In this document: piece by piece, positions 29,043 to 37,200 of the stretch | Position numbering within the stretch: position 1 is the first letter of the stretch | How the letters are laid out: each line of letters starts with the position of its first letter | Virus record (IMG/VR): IMGVR_UViG_3300034108_000145 | Coordinates: 1 to 64,000 of that record | Reading direction: 5' to 3' (one strand) | Origin: a virus | DNA: 64,000 nucleotides | Notes under the pieces: generated by a model | Databases searched by the model: none | Seen by the model: only the letters and a program-made list of their open reading frames with translations | What the model was told of the DNA's origin: nothing | Made by a program: the position numbers and the translations under genes

Positions 29043-29489
29043 TTATCCTAGGTTTGGTCTACATTGATCAGTACGTATATAAGTGCCCCCACTAACACTA
29101 CCATCTACAGCACAAACTGTTTGAGTAAGTTGTGAATTTGAAGAATTATATACACTAACAGAACTTGTTGTTCCACATGGAGTGTACGTATATTCAGCAT
29201 TATCTAAAAATTCAAAAGTATAACAAGTAGCTGATCCAGATCCTTGTACACCAAATGTTTCTACCACTTCTAATCCACTACCGCAATCAACCAATAGTTT
29301 AACTTCTAAAGGATAACAAGACGGTACACCAGATATAACAATAGGATTAGCTCTCTTATTTGGTTCAGTGTGCCAAACTTCATCTCCAACAATTCTCCAC
29401 TGAACAGTATATCCGCCACTTGGCATTATACTAGCCGTAATGTATTGGATAGTTAAAGTTTTTAATGTATTACAAGGAGGTGTTGACAT
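29043..29489 (-). CDS. FN3-like Cys-rich protein, 148 aa
   Basis: LTIQY...PSGGYTVQWR paralogous to neighbours. Confidence 0.55.
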   Translation of the reverse strand: MSTPPCNTLKTLTIQYITASIMPSGGYTVQWRIVGDEVWHTEPNKRANPIVISGVPSCYPLEVKLLVDCGSGLEVVETFGVQGSGSATCYTFEFLDNAEYTYTPCGTTSSVSVYNSSNSQLTQTVCAVDGSVSGGTYIRTDQCRPNLG

Positions 29490-29500
29490 ATTATTATTTA

Positions 29501-30157
29501 TTATACAATTGTTCCTGTACCGCTCACTTTAACAGGTGATCCAACAAACGCTCTAAATGTTTGAGGAGTTCCTTGAACAACTGAAGTGGTATAAATAGTA
29601 TGTGTACTTCCTGTAGCTTTAATAACAGTAGCACCTCCTGATAAAGCAACTGTTGGAGCTTGAGACGCTACAAAAGTTGTTGTATTAGTAATACTAGCAA
29701 CTGTAGTATTTGCAGCAAATGCACCAGTACCAGCAGTAACTTCAAGAGTCATACCTGCAACCAATCCTGTAGTAGAACCTACAGTTATAGTTGTAGTAGA
29801 ACTTGTAGCACCTACAGCAGATGTATAAACTGGTCCAAGACCAAGATATCTAACTACCATTGGTGTAGTAGTTGTAGAAGTAGCAGTATAGTTAGCTAAT
29901 GTAATAGGTGTAACTAATACACTATTTATAACTTTATGTAATTTAGTTAATATAGTAGTAAGCCTATCACCATCTAAAATGCCTAAAGCTGGAAGATTAG
30001 CTCCAATGAACTTAGCACAATCTGTACCAATGATTTCTTCACATGGTTCTCCGTTAACACACGGTGTTAAATTAATGGCATTAGTAGGAGGGCAATCTGC
30101 ACAACCATCGTTACAGTTACCTAAAGGTAGAGGAGTATCGTTACAACCGCATGACAT
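29501..30157 (-). CDS. Cys-rich virion appendage protein, 218 aa
   Basis: Cys-rich N-terminus shared with the 411-aa protein; ITVGSTTGLVAGMT beta-barrel-like motif common in phage structural proteins. Confidence 0.55.
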   Translation of the reverse strand: MSCGCNDTPLPLGNCNDGCADCPPTNAINLTPCVNGEPCEEIIGTDCAKFIGANLPALGILDGDRLTTILTKLHKVINSVLVTPITLANYTATSTTTTPMVVRYLGLGPVYTSAVGATSSTTTITVGSTTGLVAGMTLEVTAGTGAFAANTTVASITNTTTFVASQAPTVALSGGATVIKATGSTHTIYTTSVVQGTPQTFRAFVGSPVKVSGTGTIV

Positions 30158-30182
30158 AGTCTTATATTATTAAAAGTTTATA

Positions 30183-30737
30183 TTAAGTTTCAGGTGCTAA
30201 CTCAGCAGTTACTCCAGTTGGTGGATTACACGTTGGAGGAGCTAATGTTACACCAGTAGCAAATGCACAATCAGTTTTAGTAATAGACCCCGCAGTAGGA
30301 ACCACTCTAATCTTATAAGTAGTACTTGCAGTAAGAGAACTAAAAGTACCAGTAAGAGTTGTTGTACCAGTAGGTGTTTGAGAAGCTAATTCTGATGTAC
30401 CACCAGAGTTAAATAACTTAACAACATAACTACCTACTGAGCCACCAATTTCTGGAAAGCTGTAAGATAGACTAGTAGATGCTGCCGTTACAGTAACAGT
30501 AGGACAGATCATATTGATCTTCTGTACTGTAGGACTCTGTGTACTTGTTCCACCATTACAAGCAGTTAAGATTTTAAAATCATAAATAAGATTATCACTT
30601 AAGCCTGTAACAGTTTCTGTTGTAGCAGTACCTGACACAGTACTAAATGTAGTCCATGTAGAAGCTGATGCAAGTTTATATTGCACAGTTTGTGATGTAG
30701 ATCCAGCACCAGGTGTCCAGTTAAGTGTTACGTTCAT
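30183..30737 (-). CDS. Tandem FN3-domain protein, 184 aa
   Basis: VTLNWTP...VQYK...TVTGLSDNLIYDFKI and SSLTASTTYKIRV FN3 signatures. Confidence 0.7.
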   Translation of the reverse strand: MNVTLNWTPGAGSTSQTVQYKLASASTWTTFSTVSGTATTETVTGLSDNLIYDFKILTACNGGTSTQSPTVQKINMICPTVTVTAASTSLSYSFPEIGGSVGSYVVKLFNSGGTSELASQTPTGTTTLTGTFSSLTASTTYKIRVVPTAGSITKTDCAFATGVTLAPPTCNPPTGVTAELAPET

Positions 30738-30738
30738 C

Positions 30739-31974
30739 TTATGATAATGTTGCTGTTACTGATGTAATTACAGGGCAAGGTACAGATACTGTAAAGTTAG
30801 CTGTCTTAGAACATGTATTACCGTTCTTAGTAAGACATCCTTCTACAGTGATTGTATAAGCTTGAGATGGATTAAGTGATGCTCCTGATACAGTGTAAGT
30901 AATACCGTCTGTATCTGAAACAGCTGTTACTAAGTTTACGTTGTCTGTGTAAGTATTTCCAGAAGCGTCTTTAATAGTAATCTTAGATCCTAAAGCAGTA
31001 CAGTTTGTAAATCCTGAAGGAATTACAGTACCACCACCATTAAAGAACACTGTAACTTGAGTACGAGCTTCGTTTGCAGCAGCTGTAAAACCAAGTAAGA
31101 AAGCAGAGCAATCCACTTGACCACAACATTGCTTAACGTCATAAATAGCTTGACGCATATCACATAATACAACCCAAAGGTTTTGAAGAGATTGACCAAC
31201 ATTACTTGTTGTAGCATTCCATCCAGTAAGAGAACTTACAGTACCAGTTGAACTTAATGCTGCAGCTGCTCCAAGGTTTTGACACTGTTGAGCGATAGCT
31301 GCTGTAAGAACTTGGTTACTTCCTAAGGTAGTTCTTAAAGTACAATATTGAGCTTCAAGTTCATCTAACAAAGTGTGCATTGCTACAGGAGTTCCTGGAG
31401 TTAGCAAACAGTTAGGAGTTACAGTAGGAGGAACGTATGATGGTCTATTTTCAAGAGTAGTAATTCTAGTGTTGTATGTAGCCAAAGTAGTAGTATGACT
31501 AGCTACTGTTGCAGATAAAGTACAAAATTGATTACCAAGTCTTAAGCTAAATTGATTATGAACTAATTGTGTAACAGGTTGTCCTGTAGCAGGGTCATTA
31601 TACTGAAGACAAGTAGGTAACGCAATATTAGGTTCTGTATAAGTAGAACCACCACCAGTTGGTAAGTTATCAACTTTTGTGTTTAAACAACAAACTTTAT
31701 CAATAATAAAATCCAATACTGCTGACAGGGTCTTTGTAGTTGGAGCAGGGTTTACGGACGAACAAAAAGATACAAGACAACTTAAATCCAGAGCTGATAA
31801 GTCTAAAGCCGTCTTAATTGTACAAAGGTCCGTTGCTACCTTGTAGACTACACTAGATACGGTGTCACCATTGCAGAGGTTAATACATGACAAGTCTGGA
31901 CCTTGCCATATGACACAGTTAGAAGATACTGGGGAACAACCCTGATCAGCAGTATTAGATTTCGTAGGTAACAT
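30739..31974 (-). CDS. Cys-rich fibre-like structural protein, 411 aa
   Basis: CSPVSSNCVIWQGPDLSC N-terminus, short coiled coil (TRITTLEN), C-terminal beta domain. Confidence 0.55.
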   Translation of the reverse strand: MLPTKSNTADQGCSPVSSNCVIWQGPDLSCINLCNGDTVSSVVYKVATDLCTIKTALDLSALDLSCLVSFCSSVNPAPTTKTLSAVLDFIIDKVCCLNTKVDNLPTGGGSTYTEPNIALPTCLQYNDPATGQPVTQLVHNQFSLRLGNQFCTLSATVASHTTTLATYNTRITTLENRPSYVPPTVTPNCLLTPGTPVAMHTLLDELEAQYCTLRTTLGSNQVLTAAIAQQCQNLGAAAALSSTGTVSSLTGWNATTSNVGQSLQNLWVVLCDMRQAIYDVKQCCGQVDCSAFLLGFTAAANEARTQVTVFFNGGGTVIPSGFTNCTALGSKITIKDASGNTYTDNVNLVTAVSDTDGITYTVSGASLNPSQAYTITVEGCLTKNGNTCSKTANFTVSVPCPVITSVTATLS

Positions 31975-31998
31975 AATATATTATATATCAATGAGTTA

Positions 31999-32508
31999 TT
32001 AACAATCAACCACGTTGGCTGCACCAAACAGACCTTCTAGTTTCATTTTTAAATGACTATAGCCAAACTCAAATACATCTACGCCTTCTGCAGAAGTTAA
32101 GTCAGGAACAGTCTTAGTGATTGTTTCCTCTACATCTTGCTCTTGCATTTCTGTACGAGTTCTTGTAACAGTAGTAGTTGTAGGATTACCTTCAGCATCT
32201 GAAACGCCAGCCACTGTTTCTTCAAACTCTACTTGTACAGGAACCATACGTTGTACTGTGCGAGTTTCCTCTACTTGTTTAGTTAAAGCTACATATAAGC
32301 TTTCACCAATTTGTTGGTTACGAGCTACACCGCTACCCATACCAGGATATGTTCCTCCTGCAGGAGCTGCATCAGCTTGAGATTGAAAAAGTTCAATTCT
32401 GAAGTTAGCAGATCCATACTTAGAGATCTGATAATCAGCGATACGTACATATGCTTCAGAAGTAATACCTTTATCGGTTCCAATCTGAGCTGTAATCTTT
32501 AGTGCCAT
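31999..32508 (-). CDS. Tail-fibre-associated hypothetical protein, 169 aa
   Basis: Clean ORF with promoter-like motif upstream; long Thr/Glu/Val-rich insertion. Confidence 0.55.
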   Translation of the reverse strand: MALKITAQIGTDKGITSEAYVRIADYQISKYGSANFRIELFQSQADAAPAGGTYPGMGSGVARNQQIGESLYVALTKQVEETRTVQRMVPVQVEFEETVAGVSDAEGNPTTTTVTRTRTEMQEQDVEETITKTVPDLTSAEGVDVFEFGYSHLKMKLEGLFGAANVVDC

Positions 32509-32535
32509 ATAAGTTTGTGTTTAAGTTTTAAGTAG

Positions 32536-32552
32536 TCTACAATATAATATAC
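32536..32552 (-). promoter_or_regulatory. Conserved promoter-like motif GTATATTATATTGTAGA (copy 3)
   Basis: Directly downstream of a terminator, upstream of the 169-aa gene. Confidence 0.6.
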
Positions 32553-32572
32553 ATTATTTTGGTGTAAATAAC

Positions 32573-32603
32573 AAAAAAACCACCCCAATTAATGGAGTGG
32601 TTT
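32573..32603 (-). terminator. Intrinsic terminator
   Basis: Minus strand AAACCACTCCA-TTAAT-TGGGGTGGTTTTTTT. Confidence 0.8.
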
Positions 32604-32629
32604 AGTATATATAGAGGAAAGCAGGGGGC

Positions 32630-33142
32630 TTAGTTCATCGGCACTACCTTAGTTTCTTCAACTTTAATAAGTTTAAAGAACGTTCCGTAGTTCTCAGAAG
32701 TCTCAACCTTTTCAAAGTCTTCAAGCGTAAAAGCTTTGTACTCAAGTTCTTTTTCAGTCTGAAGCAAGTTGTTAAACTCAAGCTCAAAAGACTGGAACTC
32801 AGGGTTGATAACCTTTTTGGTAAACCAGTTACCGTCTTTGTCTAGATCTTTTTTAGGTTGACCCTCTTCATCTAGTTCATCAATAACCATAGGGATAGAA
32901 ATACCACCCTTGTCATCTTCCTTACCATACTTCTTGATAAGATCGTTCTTTAGTTCTTCTACAGCAGCTTTTTCAGCAGCCACTTTCTTACCTAGTTCTG
33001 TTAGCCAGTACTTAGTAACTAAAGATAGTTTTTCCTGGATAAGACCAGAAGCAATTTTTTCACCAGTTTGCTGGTTGGTTAAACCGTTAAGTTCTGCATC
33101 TAGATTGTAGAACTCAAACAACTTAAGAGAAATTTTTTCCAT
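32630..33142 (-). CDS. DUF1617-like helical protein, 170 aa
   Basis: LSLVTKYWLTELGKKV...ELKNDLIKKYGKEDDKG pattern seen in phage proteins encoded next to tail fibres. Confidence 0.5.
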   Translation of the reverse strand: MEKISLKLFEFYNLDAELNGLTNQQTGEKIASGLIQEKLSLVTKYWLTELGKKVAAEKAAVEELKNDLIKKYGKEDDKGGISIPMVIDELDEEGQPKKDLDKDGNWFTKKVINPEFQSFELEFNNLLQTEKELEYKAFTLEDFEKVETSENYGTFFKLIKVEETKVVPMN

Positions 33143-33245
33143 GTGTTTTTAAAATTTAGATTAATCTGTTACGAATATACAAAGATATGCAAGTAACATA
33201 CCAAAAAAGTTATTCACAGATGTTAATGCCTAAATGACAGAAAGT

Positions 33246-33404
33246 TTAAAAGTATTTAGGAGGTATAGTGGTTGTGTCTTCCGTAATAGGTGCTACATAA
33301 CGTATAGCATTATTATTTACACTACTAAATACTAAATATGTTAAAGCAGCTAGTACCACTACCTTTAAAATATTTTTAGCTAAGTTTAAGTTAATTGCAA
33401 TCAT
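33246..33404 (-). CDS. Small membrane protein, 52 aa (not in ORF track)
   Basis: MIAINLNLAKNILKVVVLAALTYLVFSSVNNNAIRYVAPITEDTTTIPPKYF; one hydrophobic helix; fills the gap; A-rich leader. Confidence 0.55.
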   Translation of the reverse strand: MIAINLNLAKNILKVVVLAALTYLVFSSVNNNAIRYVAPITEDTTTIPPKYF

Positions 33405-33431
33405 GATAGTTTATTTTTTATTAAAGTTATA

Positions 33432-34277
33432 TTAGTTTGCTACGTCTTCACTATATATAGCGGATGCCTCTGCACCTGAAATTGCCCTAGAATACAGCCT
33501 TACTATGACTATATATCCTGTATAGAATTCAGCTATATTAGTTGCACCAGTTGCATTATACTGAGCACCGATAAGAAATAATCCAGGGGCTGCATAGTTC
33601 ATGGTTACAGATATAGCAGAAGAAGCTGCTAATGATCCATTTATGTATAATCTTGCTGTTGTACCATCATATGTTAATGTGGCATGTACATAAGTATTTA
33701 AAGAAAACTGATGAGCCACATCTACATAAGTAGTACCACCGCCTGAAATTCTACCGTACAGTGTTGTGCCATTTATCCATAGCTGATATCCCTGATAGGT
33801 TGTTGACCCGTTAAAGTTAGTACCAGCTAAAATCATAGGATAAGAAGACTCTGTAGCATAAAACCACACATTGAGTGTTACTCTGTTTTGGCTACTGATT
33901 CTGCTAAACTGATAGTTAGGAAAACTTACATATCTACCATACTGATAAGTACCATATGGGTTTGAACCCTGAAACTCAAATCCAGAACCTGTCCATATTG
34001 GATTAGATGCATACTTATTAGTAAGTGTTCCATTGTTTCCTTTACCGCTGATGTCATACCAAGTTGTACCACTTCCTGGGTAGGAACCTGATTCACTTGA
34101 TTTTAAAAACAAAAGAAAGTCAGGATCTGAAGCACTATATCCATAAAACTCACTCATAGCATCTGGCGTAGAGAAGCCAGCTAATGATGATAGTGTTCTA
34201 AGACTACCTGAACTACTGCCAAGTTCTGTTCTTATCTGTGAGATACTTATACTATTTCCTACTCCTGGTAAAGCCAT
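33432..34277 (-). CDS. Fibre-tip adhesin: short attachment module + LamG/ConA-like lectin domain, 281 aa
   Basis: MALP...ISISQIRTELG...AMSEFYGY N-module; SYPGSGTTWYDISGKGNNGTL...HATLTYDGTTARLYINGSL...RLYSRAIS LamG-3 signature. Confidence 0.75.
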   Translation of the reverse strand: MALPGVGNSISISQIRTELGSSSGSLRTLSSLAGFSTPDAMSEFYGYSASDPDFLLFLKSSESGSYPGSGTTWYDISGKGNNGTLTNKYASNPIWTGSGFEFQGSNPYGTYQYGRYVSFPNYQFSRISSQNRVTLNVWFYATESSYPMILAGTNFNGSTTYQGYQLWINGTTLYGRISGGGTTYVDVAHQFSLNTYVHATLTYDGTTARLYINGSLAASSAISVTMNYAAPGLFLIGAQYNATGATNIAEFYTGYIVIVRLYSRAISGAEASAIYSEDVAN

Positions 34278-34279
34278 TG

Positions 34280-37200
34280 TTATTTATTTTTTAGTTCTTT
34301 AATCTCGTTCTTTAACTCTTCTATCTGAGTCTGTTGTTCTTTCATACCCTCAACTAACAAAGCTACAAGTTTTTCATACTTAATAGTTTTATATGTTTCT
34401 GACATTTCTGCAACAAAGTTATTAGCCTCATCAGGATCATTACTAGGAGTATTTAGCTGTGTCTGATATTCAGTAATTAATAAAGGTTCAACAGCTTCTA
34501 CCTCCTGAGCTATAAGACCAATATCTCTAGTTCCGGCTCTATCTTTAACTTTATTTACTTCTTCGTCATTCCAGGTATAAGTTACACCTCTAAGTCTTTG
34601 AATTTTATCTAATGCACTATCAATAACAGTAACATCTTTCTTTAAACGTATATCAGAATAGTAAGCAATAACATCTCCTGTAGCATATACAGTACCTGTT
34701 ACAACAATACCATCACTAGCTGTTCTAAATTTCTCAGAACCATTGTTATATAAATATTGAGCAGCATTAACATAAGTAAGAATAGACCAGTTGTTTAACC
34801 AAAATCCACAAGGTCCTGCTGCACCATTAGTATGCATCATTAGCTGCATATCTCCATCAAATCTAAAACCGGAATAACCTCCTTGATTACCTCCTATATA
34901 CCAAGATCCATAACTAGAACCGTTGTTTGTAAGGTATTTTGATGTAGAAACGGAACTATAGTACGTTGGAGCATAAATGTTACCAGCATCAATTCTTCCA
35001 GGAATAACAACACCTCCATCTTGGTAAATAGTTAATCTATTTTGCCATCCACTTGTGTAGGTTTGAAATCTGTGACATACTATACCTTGAGAGCTTGTCC
35101 AATTACCAGAACGATAGGTAATACCAGTTGTAGTATCATCATAAGAGTTATAAATGTAGTTATACATACCACTATCTCCTGAAGAATATCTCCAGCCTAT
35201 AGTGTTATTATTAAACATTCTAATATCACGGGTATCAATAGCTCTATTATACGCTGGATTATTAGTCCAGTTTGCTGGAGCAGTTCTTGTTGATGTAGAT
35301 ACTGAAGCCCCATTTAAAATGCCAGCTGCATTACCTGCCTGAGTAAAGTATTTAACTCTAGCTCTAAAACCATTGCCAGAAGATACAACATGATATATAG
35401 GTAATCTAAAATTACTTCCACTCCATTCTAAATCTCCAATAAATATATTATCAGGAATAGAACCGTTAGCCTCTTGTACTTTACTATCTCCTGAGTACCA
35501 TTGTCCTCCATTAGGATTTGTTCCAAATGGAAGTATTTTTCTTAAAAGACCTGTTGCATTTTGGTTTGAATAGGTAGAGGTTACTTCAACTTCTAAATAT
35601 CCTGAGTTTTGAATATTACCAAAATCAATGTAAGCTACTATGTTAGCTACTCCGTGTGAGAAATAGCCTAAGTCAAATACTTTTTCTGCATAGCAATCTG
35701 AACCTACTGATAGAGTATTAGTATAAAGATTACTATATGAATTATATCCTGCATAGTTACCAGCATCTATTACATCATAGAAAGTTCCTCCACTTCTACG
35801 TTGTTTCCATACACCCTCTGCCCAACCATTACCTTGTGCATTAAGATATATATCTCCAGAAGTAATTATTCTATATCCACTATTATATGCTTGACCTACA
35901 CCAATATTATCATATTGAGCATATGCTAATCTTGAGTTACTATTAGGATCTAAGTAGTATGCAGGGTTATCTGAATCATAAAAAATTGGAGAACGCATAG
36001 AGCCAGCACTAAACATAACTCCTGTATTATGATCTACATATGCGGCAATCTTAGAACCATTATAATAACCACTCCATCCAGATGGCATCGCTATACCAAC
36101 ATTTTGACCCATGAATATGGTTTCTGCACCCACTGATGAATAACTACCACCAATATTTTGTCCAGACTGTGAACCTCTATTAAAATAAAAAATACCCCAA
36201 GCTTTAGAACTTTCTTTAAAGATCCAGTTATTGTTTTCAGAAGCATTAGATTCCATCATAACAGCTCCATCACTATTATTAATTAAAGCTCCTGTTGTAT
36301 AAATATTACCCCATCTATAACTACTAGTTCCTAAATCTCTAGCTCCATCTGAATATGGTGTTACAGGACCTCCATCAAAAGCATGTCTTCCTGCAGATAC
36401 ATAGTAATATGTACCATTAGAATTATTAAAGTTTTCAAAATATCCCCAACCATTATTATTATATGGACCTATTCCAATGTAATTTGTGCTAGATCCTGAT
36501 AATGTTATATATCCAGTAGCTATTGTAGATGCTATCTTGGTATTTGAACTTCCTAAATAAAGATCACCATATAACCATGTATTACCACCATCTGTTACTC
36601 TTACTCTATTTGTAGCAAGAGTTCTTATATAAAAATCATTATGCACACCTACTATTCTTGGAGCATTTGCCCATGTAGGTGTAGTATTATCAGCAATAAC
36701 TAAAGCAGCTCCTGTAGTGGTTGTTTGTATTGCAACAACATCTAAAGAAGTAGAACTATTAACATATAGTCTACCATTTGGTATAGATCCACTACCTATA
36801 GCCATTGAACTACTTGTAGTGTTACCTCTTCCAGTTACTGATGACAATGTATCAGTTTCACTATATGATGTTATATATCCGGGACCGTTACTTAACTGAT
36901 TTAAATTTGTAAGGTTTCCTTGATGCCATACAGCACTACTGCCTACAGAAATAGCTGATGCAGAAAGACCAGAAGATGTAAACGTAACTGAATTAGTTCC
37001 ATTAATATAAAAACGCATTAAGTTACTATCATCCCAAGCTCTAATATAAGTAGAGTTCCCATAATCATATGCTCCAAAAAATATAGATGCTCCATCTGAT
37101 AATCTAACATCACCTGAACCACCAATAACTAATGCTTCACCAGAACCATTAGATACACCATTATTTAAAACTAATTGCCCACCTTGATGTAAAATCATTC

